Source: the human T2T-CHM13v2.0 reference genome, Homo sapiens. Taken from it: a stretch of 64,000 bases of DNA. The DNA lies in the NCBI RefSeq assembly GCF_009914755.1, contig NC_060946.1, one strand, 5' to 3'. The notes under the pieces were generated by a model. The model was not told the origin of the DNA. It was given only the letters and a program-made list of their open reading frames with translations, and made no database searches. Below, in pieces: positions 15,232-30,545 of the stretch (within the stretch, counting starts at the first letter, position 1; every line of letters starts with the position of its first letter). Position numbers and translations under genes: made by a program.

Positions 15232-16640
15232 GCCAAAAATGAAAGTGGAATATAACAACATAACATTCAAATGACATCACCGAGCTTGCCCAGGTGCTAA
15301 TGCTGAAGCTGGAATTTGAATCCAGACCTTCTGCCTGCCTCACCTCATCCCCAGAGCTCATGACATAGACGAGGAATATTAAGGCTGATTCACAGACAAG
15401 AAATTTCAGAAAAATCACATGCCTTCCATGAAAGTGACAAAGCTGAGAATCAAACCAAAGCTTTCTGATTTCCAAGCCAGTGTGCTCTTCCCTGCACATT
15501 GCTCCATCCTATTTTATGGAGAACAAAGAGTTGCCGTATGGTTTTAAAATGAAAGCTATTTTCACCCTTGAAGATGCTGCTACTGCGTTTTGGCCATTTA
15601 AGTGAAAGAATAAAGCCAAGATGTGCATTGTCTGTAAACTACTGTTACCAGCGGATCAGCTGTGAAGTCGGCTTAAGGAATATATCTGCCATCTACCATG
15701 TTTCACACTAGTCTAATCCGGCACTTTCATGAACAATTGATGTTTTCATGGTACGTAGAGCTAAAGAGGCCCTCCCCTACTACAGGTCCAAAGCTGACAT
15801 CAGTCCCACTATTTTTGCTGTCAAGTAGACTCTCTGGGAGGCTCTTTCATACCTTAGCATTTATTGAGCACCTACTGTGTGCAAGAACAAGTGGCAACTC
15901 CAGAATTTCAATACAGCAGGGGTTTAGGGGCTTCAATCTGGTTAAAAACTGTCAGGGGGGTAGGAGGAGTCTGGGGATTTTGTCTTGAAGACATGTGTGC
16001 AAAGCAAGCAGGTAGCTTTTATTTGAAGATGTTTTGGGAGTAGCATAGGGGAAACTGGTGAAAATTATGGCGGCAATCAAAATCTTCCTAAGCCACCCCT
16101 TGGAGCAACTTTACATGAGGAACTACGAGAGGTATGGTGGAAGGTATTGGGGTGAATAAAATACAATCCCTGCCCTCCCAGAAGCAAACTTTCAATACCT
16201 TTCTTTGTGTTTCTGTTGTTTTGTTCTGACCACCTGAAACACCAACATGGGTAGTTGCCACCTCACCTCCCAACTCCCGGACTAGCAGCAAACACCACTG
16301 TTGGCCATTGGATGAAGCTATCAGCAGGGAGGGCCACTGTCAGTCTGCATCAGTTTCAGGAACTCTGCTCAGGGCCATTTCCCAGAACACCTCTCCTCTG
16401 GCATTGAATTGCTCAGTCATACAGTTCCTGTATAAAACCCTTCAGTGTCTCCCCGTCTCCTGCAAGATGATGTCCAAAAGTTGAAGCTTGGCTCTTTAAG
16501 CCCTTCATGATCTAATCCCTGCAGAACTCTGCAGGCTTCTATGCCTATCCCCATACCCCAGGCACACTGACCACTGGAAAAATTCTTTCAGGAACCATGG
16601 TCTTACTCCTTTCTTCCCTCTGCCTTCTCCCCACCATTCA

Positions 16641-17265
<625 letters not shown>

Positions 17266-18214
17266 TCCCTACTCTGTGTTTATCTGCCTCGAGGTCTCCT
17301 ACTCTTTCTTGAGGTTTCAGAGCAAGAAGCATCACCTACTGCAGGAATGCTTCCATGATGCCCCTAATCTGAGTTTGTCCTTACTTTCTCTGTCCTTACT
17401 TTGGTTATAACTCCTGCCACAATCCCTGGCTTACAAATCTAAATAGATCACTACTCTGTGACCCTTCTGAGCTCAGCACAGTGCCTGGCTCATAGTAGAT
17501 GCTCAAAAAAACAAACAAAAAAGAACATTAAGGAGAAGGAGACAAGAAAAGGAGAAAGACATGAGAGAGAAAGAAGACAGAGAGAGGAAAAGAAGAAAGG
17601 AAAGAAAGAAATGTGAGTTTGTATCTGTCCATGATTGATGAAGCCAAAGGTGAATTATCTGGCATTCTTTCAATTAGAGATCAATTTTATCTAGCATGTC
17701 TGAGATGGCACATGTTTCTGTGGTATAGTGAAGTGATTTCTGGATTATTAACTATCCACTGTGGTTTAATTATTTAGTGTCAAGGTACTTTCTTGCATTG
17801 GAGTCTTTGAAAAAGTGTCATCCTTTAACAGTATGAATGGTGACAGGTTTGAGCATATCTCATAAATAAGGTGCCTCCATCCCACCTCTGCCCTACCCCT
17901 TAAACATAATGGATCATTCAGTTGACTTTGAGGAATTTGCCCCGTGATAAATGGAAAGATCATTTCACCTTATATAAAAATGCAAGTTGTAATTAGCAAG
18001 CTGTCAGCATGTTCTGCACTGAAGAAGAATGAAAGATGCAGGTCATAGCCCCAGCCTGTAGCCTGGTGCCTAACACAGAGATGTCACCTAAGAAATGGTT
18101 GCCAATAACGGGAGTTTTGAAGGTGATTCTTCTTACAATGCAGCATTTGACTTTGCAATGAGTCCCATGCAGCCAAGACCATTGCATCAATGTGTCTTCA
18201 AAAACCCAACTGAC

Positions 18215-18503
<289 letters not shown>

Positions 18504-18696
18504 ATGACTTACAAATCTTTGTGTCACATTTGCAGTCTATGTCAATCTTACCCTCAGCTTGGGGTTAAGACACATAGCCTGGAGCCTGACACATACACAC
18601 TTAACAAATTTTGTATTGCCTGAAAAAGTTAATCAAGGGTTTATTGAATGCCCATTCTCTATTTCACATGACTCTCCCTCTTCTCTGCCCTCCAAG

Positions 18697-18893
18697 CCTG
18701 AATCTGAGCAACAGTGACATCTTGACCATCTACGATGGCGACGAGGTCATGCCCCACATCTTGGGGCAGTACCTTGGGAACAGTGGCCCCCAGAAACTGT
18801 ACTCCTCCACGCCAGACTTAACCATCCAGTTCCATTCGGACCCTGCTGGCCTCATCTTTGGAAAGGGCCAGGGATTTATCATGAACTACATAG
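18697..18893 (+). CDS. SEZ6L: SEZ6L coding exon (probably exon 10), C-terminal part of a CUB domain
   Basis: Pyrimidine tract + AG at 18695-96; reads LNLSNSDILTIYDGDEVMPHILGQYLGNSGPQKLYSSTPDLTIQFHSDPAGLIFGKGQGFIMNYI (CUB motifs IYDG, F.SD, GF); donor G|GTAGGT at 18894; 197 nt, phase 2 to phase 1. Confidence 0.95.
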
Positions 18894-20667
18894 GTAGGTG
18901 TCTCATCTGGTCAATTTATTTTTTCTTTGTGTTTAGATACAGGTTAAGGTGGTTTCCTCTAGGTTATTTGGCAGTTTTGTACTACAGCGATTTTTCATTG
19001 TATTGTATTGAAATGTACTCATTTCATTTTTAAAAGCCTGGGCTCTCTAGTCATGAGGACCAGGGTTTGAGCCCTAGCACGGTCATCGATGTCTGTGTGG
19101 CTTTGGAAAAGTTACTGAACCTCTCTGAGCCTTCTTTTTGTCATCTGTAAGATGGGCATAGTGATACCTATTCCACAAGGTTGATATCAGGATGTAGTAG
19201 ACAATGCCTCATAACTTATGTTTCATGTGTGGTCAGCTGAGAACCTGTTGTCCCCATGTTTCATTTGTGGTCAGCTGAGATCTTACATCAACATACTTCC
19301 TAATTTCTTCCCAATTTGTGCAACTTCTCAAACATCGTCTTCACCTTCTTGCCCGAACTGAAGCTCAGCTCTCCTCTAAGGCCTCTTCTTTTCCTGTAGC
19401 CTCGTTGAACAAGGACAGCCTTCCTTTCGCACTTCTTGTACTCTAGGAGCTATAGATGCAAAAGATGTCTTTCCTCATCCTCAATGTGGCCTCCAAACCA
19501 TGTCTCTCCTGCTCCTCCTAAAACAAACAAAACAAAAAAAAACCTGCTATCAAATTCAAGCTAAGCTCACACACTCCTATGACCCCTCGTGTGCTTTCAT
19601 CCAATCACACTCTTCCCTTCTCATTCCCCACCCTGTAACTCTCCCTCATTCATTACTAGCTCTACGACCCACCCCTTTTCAACCTTTAAACCCTGGAGGG
19701 TCCCAGGCTCCATCCTGGACTGTATCCTCTCTTCCAGCTAGACTCACGCCCTCCATGCCTTCATTAGTTCCCATGGATTTAAACAGTACCAATATCCGTT
19801 GACCGGTTCATACTTACAACCTTGACCTTAAACTCCAGATCCATCTATCCAACTCCCTGCCAACTCCTCCCTTGCCTCCATCCAGTAGACATCTCAGATT
19901 TAACATGGCCAAACAGAATGATTTCTTTTCCTACCCACCACCACCACTACCCAACAGCATCCCCTGCTATCTGCCAATCCTAGGAAATGAGACAACAACT
20001 CTCCTGGTTTCTCAGGCTGCTTCCTCCTTCCTTGCCCCCATATCCAATCCATCCTCTCAACTCCACTTTTCAATATGTCTCAAATCCAAACACATGTCCC
20101 CGTCTTTCTACGGCCACCACTCTAGTCCGAACTACCAACATTCCCAGATGTCAGAGGACTGGGACACCATGAAGTCCCACTGATTCCAGTCCCAGAAGAG
20201 ACTTGCACTAACAGAGGAACTGGTCCAGCCCTGTCGTGTTCCAGCAGAAGAAACCCTGGGCAAGCAAGGATGAAGGGTTGCTCATCGGGGCAGAGCCGAG
20301 CTCCCATCCATGCTTCCTCATCCCTAGCTCCAAAGCTTCCTCCACCCCCAATATTTTGGGCAGCAGCGGAGAACCTGGGAGACACAGAGGGTAATTAAGA
20401 CCTAACATCCTTTGACATCTAGAAGAATGGGTGAGTGGTTGCACCCCAAGAATTTCAATGGGCAGGATTCGGCCAGTGATTAGGAAACGTGCTTGCACTT
20501 CCCAGGAATTAGACTGGCGTCTTGATTTCCAGGATGGAGCAGAGAAAAGGAGAATTCATCCTACCCAGCCCTCTGCCACCACCACTACCACAAAAGACCC
20601 TGTGGTTGGAGCAAGATTCCATGTCTTTGGTTCTTTCTCCCCGTTCACTTAAAGAATTGTCCATCTC

Positions 20668-20986
<319 letters not shown>

Positions 20987-21003
20987 AATTGTCCATCTCT
21001 AAC

Positions 21004-21079
21004 TAGGTTGGTGCAGAAGTAATTATGATTTTTGGAGTTTTAATTTGCAAAAACTGCAATTACTTCTGCGCCAACCTAA
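21004..21079. mobile_element. MADE1 (Hsmar1-derived mariner MITE)
   Basis: TAGGTTGGTGCAGAAGTAATT ... AATTACTTCTGCGCCAACCTAA terminal inverted repeats (TIRs), ~76-80 bp. Confidence 0.9.
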
Positions 21080-23222
21080 TAATATGAATTGTCCTCTCTG
21101 TACCAGCACTTGCACCTAAAAACAAGCTACCCCCTTGACCATGGGCTGTTTCAAGAAGCCTCATGCGTGCCAAAGTACATTCCTGGCATTTTTATTTCCA
21201 GATGGTGAACATTTTTCATCCCTGCCTGCTACATGTCCACCTCTCAGAGAGGCTAACACGAGTATTGATCTTCTTTTTTATGTTTCCCAGGGGCCTTTTA
21301 CCTTTGATTGTGCTGCTAAATATTTTCAGAGTGTTATTGCTACAATTTCTTGTGGGTTCCCCGCTCTTTTCTGGGCAGTGCCCTGGGCTTCAGGGGATAA
21401 CTCATGTTGGCTGTCCAGGCAATGTACCCTCCAGACTCAGCTGCCTTTGGAGGAAGTCTCTGGTCTCCTAGCTCCTGTCTCTCTCCTTAGACGTCCTCTC
21501 CCTCTCCACTGAAAGATGAGGTCATGGTTTTTGCTCATTTATCTCCCCTAGCGCCCAAGTCAGTATTCCAAACCTGCATTCAGCTTGATGGCCAAAAAAA
21601 AAAAAAAAAAAATCTGACTGACTCTATCCAAGGCTGGTCAAGGTTAACCAGAAAGTCTGGCCAGTGTTCAGTTTGGCAATATCTTGAAGAAGAAGTGTTT
21701 TTGTTCATTGAAGTTGAAACTTTTTGTGATTTGTGTGACAACTTACAGTTGGCAAGCACTTTAACATATATTATTTTATTTCACATCTTCAAATGCATTA
21801 TCTCCATTTCCAGAGGATTTGGTTCATAAAAAATCCCTTGACACCTCCTATATGCTAGGCTCTGCACACCAGGATATAGAGATGAATAGAATATTCTCCC
21901 TACCCTTAAGACATTAGTGGAAATGCGAAAGGCAGTCCCATTAATAGACAATACCAGGATCACAAGCTGATGCTGTGGGAGAGGCAGAAAAAGGATTGCA
22001 GAGAATGTTTTTCAGGGATACACAGCTTGGCTAGTTTGGGTAACAAAAAAGAGAGAACAGTTCCTGATTGTTATTCCTGTTAAAGAAACACACAGTTAAT
22101 TTCACAAGAATGGCAAATAGACCGTTCTAGCTAATTGCGATACCTCTCAGTTGCTTACTACTTATGTTGAAGACCATGTTGAAAAGAACTCCAAGGAGGT
22201 CATGCCTAAAGTCTATGGCAAAGAATGCCATGATTGATTAGTGATGCCTGCCATGGGCATGAGAAGGGTATTTGTTATTCTGGCTCTAGATTTTACCATA
22301 CATGGGAGTTACACAGATGTAACTCCCATTCAATGGATGCATCAGATAGTAGGTCAGGGGTTCCTGTGGTCACTAGGGAATTCTGAAGATCGTATATTGA
22401 CCTAAATGCCTAAGCCCAGCTCTGGAAGGTGGCCAAAGTTTATCTGCTATGATTGCAATTAGAGCCTTCCACAGGAAGACTCTGGGCCTACGTGGTTCTA
22501 GAATGTGAATTCTACTCCCAGAATTCACCTTTGAACAGAGAGATGCAAAGACCCATTCACTGTTTCCTGTTCTTTGCCCACTGTCGATGGCCAAAGGCAT
22601 GGGATGGAAGGGAATAAGAAACAGAGATAAGTAAGCAGTGCTTTTTGAGAAGACGTTGGTTATTTGTCGTGTGTTTATTCCTCCAAGTCTAGGATAATAA
22701 CTAAGCTCCATATTGTAAGTCAACTCCAATCAAATGACAGTGGCTCCCTGGAGTGCTGTTTTGAGGACTGGGAGGTTTCCTCTTGATTCAAACAAATAGA
22801 TGGCTGTGCTTGATTAGAGATGTCTGCCATGAGCATGAAATGGTAGATGGTGGTGTGCATTCAGTGCATTTGTGCATTTCTTTTGTGCAAAAATTGAACC
22901 TTGGTGCTAATCTTGTCCATGAGACCGAAACCATGACTTCAGATCCCTACATTTCTAGAGTCTAATAAGATGCTCATAATATCTCAGTCAAACAAACAAA
23001 CGAATCCATCTAACTCATCTTAGTGTTCACACAACATCGTCATATCCTGCATGTTATTTAACTTTCACATTGCCTTTTGGAATAGACAATGTAATAATTC
23101 TTGACTCCACTCTGCAAATGAGAACAATGAGGCTTAGAGCAGTTAATTGGCATGACTGGAATCACACCATTTATTTAAAAAAGAAAGAAGAGTAGAAAAG
23201 AAGTCTTCCAACTCCTAGGACA

Positions 23223-23522
23223 GTTTTCTAATTCTTAGTAAAGTTAACAAGGGCCCATGGGAACAGACCATTCCAGAGCCTCCACTTAGGGTGCTTGGTA
23301 AAAAAATACATGTTCCTGAGTCAGGGTTTCTGGGGTACAAGCCCTGGAATCTGAAGAACAGGAAGGTTATAGGGTGGTTTTCTAATTATTAGCAAAGTTA
23401 ACAAGGGCCCATGGGGACGGACCATTCTAGAAACCTCTACTTAGGGTGCTTGGTAAAAATGCATGTTCCTGAATCAGGGTCCCTGGGGTACAGGCCCTGG
23501 GATCTGAAGAACAGGAAGGTTA
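23223..23522. repeat. Tandem direct duplication, 2 x ~147 bp
   Basis: Copies 23223-23369 and 23377-23522 align end to end, roughly 85-90% identical by eye. Confidence 0.9.
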
Positions 23523-24296
23523 AGTGACTTAGCCAAGGCCACCCAGTTAGTAAACAGTGGGGACAAGATTTAAGCCAAGCTTCTACATCGTGGCAGCAAC
23601 TGAGAAATTACAAATGCAGTGGGTGCCACCAAGGAGACAGGAGGTCCCACGGGAGCGTGCAGCCATGGTGGCCCATATTGAAGTCAGACAAGCAAACCTT
23701 TCTCCGTCTCAAAGCATTTGGCTCAAGGCAGACCACATTTCTGGTGTCTGCTCCCATTTCTCCCCTTTCATCCATAGTCTGAGCATCTGCAGCTGTGTCC
23801 CAAATCCAGGGCTTGGCTGATTTTTCAGAGGCCTAAAAATAGAGGCTCCTGTCCCCCCACCAAGCAATTCTCGAAGCTATTTTTTTACCCTTCTTCTTGC
23901 AGACACCCATGAGATCTCCTTTCCCCAAATAAAATCATGATGAAATCCCGGGAAAAGCCATTGCTTAGTTCTCAGAATGACTTTCCTGCAGACAGCGGAG
24001 GTGCTCTCCTTTCCCCAGAAGCACATAAGAACTGCAAATTAATTATACAACATAATTAGCTTGCTCCTCCAAATCTGTGCAGTGGGCACTTTGAAGCAAG
24101 AATAGTAATAGTTTGCCATGCATTGCTACCTTAGTAACAAGAGTTTGTAGGAGAAAAACAGAACAATTACAGAGAAAGACACAGTAATAAGCTGTGGGTA
24201 GCATTTTCTGGAGTATGGTTCATTTTCACTAATGATATGCAATTGGATTTGAAGAATATACCAACAGTTTATTTTTATTTATTTTTGTTCAAATTG

Positions 24297-24610
24297 TTTT
24301 TTTTTTTCTTTTCTTTTGAGACAGGGTCTCTCTCTGTCACCGAGCCTGGAGTGCAGTGAAGCCTTCATGGCTCGCTGCAGTCTCGAACTCCCAGACTCAA
24401 GCAATCCTCCCACCTCAGCCTCCTGAGCAGCTGGGACTACAAACACGTGCCATCATACCTGGCTCATTTTTTTGGTTTTATTATTGTTTTTGTAGAGATG
24501 GGGAGGTCTCCCTACATTGTCCAAGCTGATCTCCAACTCCTGGGCTCAAGCAATCCTCCTACCTTGGCTTCCCAAAGTGCTGAGATTATAGGCATGAGCC
24601 ACTGTGCCCA
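24297..24610 (-). mobile_element. AluJ
   Basis: Antisense Alu consensus. Confidence 0.88.
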
Positions 24611-24721
24611 CCTTCTTTTTATTTTGATAGCTAATTATTTCTCTTAATGCATATTAAAAATGCATATATTACTTATTCACCAAACTCATGGATTTACAGA
24701 TATTCTTAGGATGAAGCTGAG

Positions 24722-25471
24722 CATATTAGTCACCTATTGCTGTGTCATAGATTATACCCCAAATTAGCAGTAAACATTTATCATCTTGCAGTTTCTCTGG
24801 GTTAAAAATTCAGGAGCAGCATGAGTTGGATGGCTTTGTCTTGGGGTCTCTCATGAGGCTCTGGTCAGGATGCCAGCCAGAGCTGCAGTCACCTGAAGGC
24901 TTGATAAGCACTGGATGATGAACTTCCAAATGGCTCACACATGTGGCTGGCAAGTCAATGCCAACTGTTGACAGGAGGCCTCAGTTTCTCTTCCCATGGG
25001 TCTCTCTGGAGGGCTGCTTGAGCATCCTCACAATATGGCAGCTGCTTCCTCTGAAGCAAGTGATTCAATAGAGAGCAAGAAGAGAAACTCAATGTTGTTA
25101 TGACCTAACCTCGGAAGCCACCCAGGGCCACTTTTGCAATCTCCTATTCAGTGTTGGTAGGGACTACACAAGAGTGTAAATTCTGCTGGGCACAGTGGCT
25201 CATGCCTGCAATCTCAACACTTTGGGAGGCCCAGGCGGTAGGATTGCTTGAGCCTAAGACTTCAAGACTGGCCCAGGCAACATACAAGAGCTCATCTCTA
25301 CAGAAAAAAAAAAAAAATTAGCCAGGCCATGGTGGTACATGACTGTGGTCCCAGCTACTTGAGAGGCTGAAGTGGGAGGATCACTTGAGCCCAGGAGTTT
25401 GAGGCTGTGGAGAGCTATGATCATACTCTTGCACTCCAGCCTGAGCAACAGAGACCCTGCCTGTAAAAATA

Positions 25472-25509
<38 letters not shown>

Positions 25510-25635
25510 AAGAATAATAATAATAAATGAAAAGCAAAAGTAAAATAAAAAACAAAAATACAAAAATTTTTAAAAGAGTGTAAACCCTCGGAGGTGAGAG
25601 TCATCCAGTGACATCTGGTAAGCAGTGGCCACAGT
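24722..25635. mobile_element. MLT1-family LTR (-) interrupted by AluJ (+, ~25185-25528, (GAT)n(AAT)n tail)
   Basis: TATTAGTCACCTATTGCTGTG... MLT1 end; AAGAGTGTAAA repeated on both sides of the Alu (TSD-like). Confidence 0.65.
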
Positions 25636-25983
25636 GAGACAGGTGCCGTTGTAATTATTCCCTCATGAAAGGTCAAGGAACCTGAGCTGCAGAGTCAAAA
25701 AGTGATTGTCCCCCCGTCACACCGTTAATAAGTGGCAGAGATAGGATTCTGTCTGACTCGAAATCCTAAACTGGTTTTATCAAACCAAGAGAATGTTCAG
25801 TGAGTTCAGGGGCCCACAGAGAGAGGTAACCATAAAGCTTCACTATAGACGAGCTCTTGCCAGTTAAGCGATTTTGGAAGCGTGTTGCTCATTTCTAGAG
25901 GCTTTTTTTTCTCTTCGCTCATCCCTCTAGCCGTCATAAAAGGAGGCCCCGACAACAAGACTGCTTCCCCCATCTAAGACTGA

Positions 25984-26220
<237 letters not shown>

Positions 26221-26494
26221 TAGGTCCCTGGGTGGCAAATCCCTTCTAGGGATCTTTTTTTGGTGGGTGCAGTGGAGCTGTTTAATGTAGAATCTGGACT
26301 CCCCCTCCACCACCAATTCACGAGCATTGCTCACAAATGTCATTTTATAGCTGTCAGTGGAATTACAGACTCAGGTGCCTTCAGAAACCTGGACCATAAT
26401 GTAAACGAGTGAGATAAGCTGGGTGTGAGACATTAGGGAGTGGTGTGAACTCCAGTGAATGGGAGCGTATGTAGCCTGGTGAAAAAGAACATTT

Positions 26495-26770
26495 GGCTGG
26501 GTGTAGTGGCTCATGCCTGTAATCCTAGTGCTTTGGGAGGCTGAGGTGGGAGGATCACTTGAGCCCATGAGTTTGATAGCAGCCTGGGCAATACAGTGAG
26601 ACCCTATCTCTAAAAAATAATAATAAGCATAAAAATTAGCTGGGTGTGGTGGGACACACCTGTAGTCCTAGCTACTCAGGAGGCTGAGACAGAAGGATTG
26701 CTGGAACGCAGGTGTTTGAGCTATGATTATGCCTCTGCCCTTTAGCCTGGGTGACAGAGCAAAACCCTGT
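26495..26770 (+). mobile_element. AluJ
   Basis: Full dimer; the tail position is occupied by a purine tract. Confidence 0.88.
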
Positions 26771-26784
26771 TGAGAGGGGTGGCT

Positions 26785-26905
26785 GGGAGAGAGAGAAGGA
26801 AGGAAGGAAGGAAGGAAGGAAGGAAGGGAGGAAAGAAAGAAAGAAAGAAAGAAAGAAAGAGAAAGAAAGAAAGAAAGAAAGAAAGAGAAAGAAAGAAAGA
26901 AAGAG

Positions 26906-26983
<78 letters not shown>

Positions 26984-27348
26984 GAAGGAAGAAAGGAAGG
27001 AAGGAGGCAAGGGAGGGAAGGGAGGGAAGGGAGGGAAGGGAAGAAGGGAGGAAGGGAGGGGGAGGGAAGGGGAGGGAAGGAGAGGGAAGGGAGGGAAGGG
27101 AGGGGGAGGGAAGGGGAGGGAAGGGGAGGGAAGGGGAGGGAAGGGGAGGGAAGAGAGGGAAGGGGGGAGGGAAGGGGAGGGAAGGTGAGGGAAGGGGAGA
27201 GAAGGGAGGGAGGGGAGGGTGAGGGAAGGGGAGTGAAGGGGAGGGAGGGGAGGGAAGGAATGAAAGAGGGGAGGGAGGGAAGGAAGGAAGGGAGGGAGGG
27301 AAGGAAAAAGAGAGAAGGGAGAGGAGAGGAGAGGAAGGGAGGGAAAAA
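26785..27348 (+). repeat. Polypurine compound microsatellite (GGAA)n/(GAAA)n/(GGGAA,GGGGA)n
   Basis: ~560 bp, almost entirely A/G on the + strand. Confidence 0.95.
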
Positions 27349-28529
27349 TCATTATTATTTAACCATTTTAAGGGATTGGAATGAACATGAACTAGTTCCC
27401 TATAGAAGTCTTCTTACCTGCCTCATTTTTTGCCAAGAAAAGGCCCAAAGTGGGCAAATAAATTTGAATTGGGCCCCTTCTATGTGGGACTGTTTGCATT
27501 TCCATGCTGGGTCTCTCACTTATCCTCCATCCAAGACAGTGGAGACCCACCAATCACCTCTGTTGTTCTCTCTTCTGATGAAATGAGGTCAGAAAAACCC
27601 CTTGGCACAATGGTCTCCCCATAGAAGTCACTGGATTTCATTAACCTTTCATTGGTTAATCTCCTGTCTTGACATTGAAAGACATATATAGCCATATCTT
27701 AAAATTACGTTGGTAACGATGCTTACTTATAGTACCCAGGCAGTAGTAAAATGATAGAATAGAAAGTGAAAATCTTTGATGATGTTACTCTTTGGAAACA
27801 ACGCTGCTGTTAAACATTTATTCTATATTGCTTCAATTGTGTGTGTGTGTACATGCACATCATACATACATTACATGTCACACATAGACATCTATATATG
27901 TGTCATCTGTCATATGTCAATCATAGCTCACTGCAACCTCAAGGTTTTGGGCTCAAGCAGTCCTCCCACCACAGCCCCCCAAAATGCTGGGGTTACAGAT
28001 GTGAACAACCACACCCAGCTAATTTTTAAAAATTTTTTGTAGAGACAGGGGTCTTGCTATGTTGCCCAGGCTGGTCTCAAACTCCTGGCCTCAGCCTCCC
28101 AGAGAGCTGGGATTACAGGCATGAGCCACCGCACCCAGCAGATCCATTCTTACAAACTTCCTGCATCTGCTTTTTTTTCAGCTCAGAAATGTGGATATCT
28201 TTTCATATCATACATGTTGTCCAGTTTATTCTCTTTTAATTGGTTTATTGTTTTCCTTTTATCTATATTGATTTTTTAATGTGAAAAGTAATGAAAGTTT
28301 ATTTTACTACATTCCAGCACTACAGAGAAAGCAGTGAAGGCTCCCCCTCACTTTGTTCTCTTTAGCAGTTGCTCAGAATTTCATGGGATGGCTATTCCAT
28401 GATATTTAACTCTTTCCCTGTTAAACTATTTGCAATGTTTCCTTTTTAAAAAAATCGCAAATAATAATGCAATATGCAACCTTATACATAGGTCTTTGGA
28501 CCCTGATGCAAATTATTTGGGCAAATTCA

Positions 28530-29310
<781 letters not shown>

Positions 29311-29406
29311 AAGTTAGGAAACTTTCTAGATCATTCTGTAATTCTCAGCAAACCCATGGTCATCCAGAGGTCTGACGTCCTCTTGGTCTGGTTTCATCCC
29401 GTGTAG

Positions 29407-29598
29407 TTATGTACTGCACCGACCCCGGAGAGGTGGATCACTCGACCCGCTTAATTTCGGATCCTGTGCTGCTGGTGGGGACCACCATCCAATACACCTG
29501 CAACCCCGGTTTTGTGCTTGAAGGGAGTTCTCTTCTGACCTGCTACAGCCGTGAAACAGGGACTCCCATCTGGACGTCTCGCCTGCCCCACTGCGTTT
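29407..29598 (+). CDS. SEZ6L: SEZ6L exon, Sushi/CCP domain
   Basis: gtgtAG|TT acceptor; IMYCTDPGEVDHSTRLISDPVLLVGTTIQYTCNPGFVLEGSSLLTCYSRETGTPIWTSRLPHCV; donor T|GTGAGT; 192 nt, phase 1-1. Confidence 0.95.
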
Positions 29599-29841
29599 GT
29601 GAGTCCTGTTTAATGAATTGGGCCCCCAGTAGGTAGAAGCAGATTCACTTTCTCTTGTTCATGATGGAAGGCTGGGCTGCTAGGAGGCCTTCTGCTTTTC
29701 GACAGGGGCTTTTATTATCATTACTATGACAAAACAGTACCTAACACTGATTGGGAGCACACATACTATAACATTTACAGTAAATTTATCACGCGTTGCT
29801 CTAAGTCTTCTACCAAATTTCACTCTTTCTTCCTCAAGTAG

Positions 29842-30545
<704 letters not shown>

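Noticed and set aside
18894-19033. Read-through of the CUB exon into a hydrophobic tail (ORF 18611..19033) as a truncated isoform
   Set aside because: Good donor at 18894, T-rich intronic composition, and no clear nearby poly(A) signal
26672-27586. Lys/Glu/Arg/Gly-rich and Pro/Ser/Phe/Leu-rich ORFs
   Set aside because: Translations of the polypurine microsatellite
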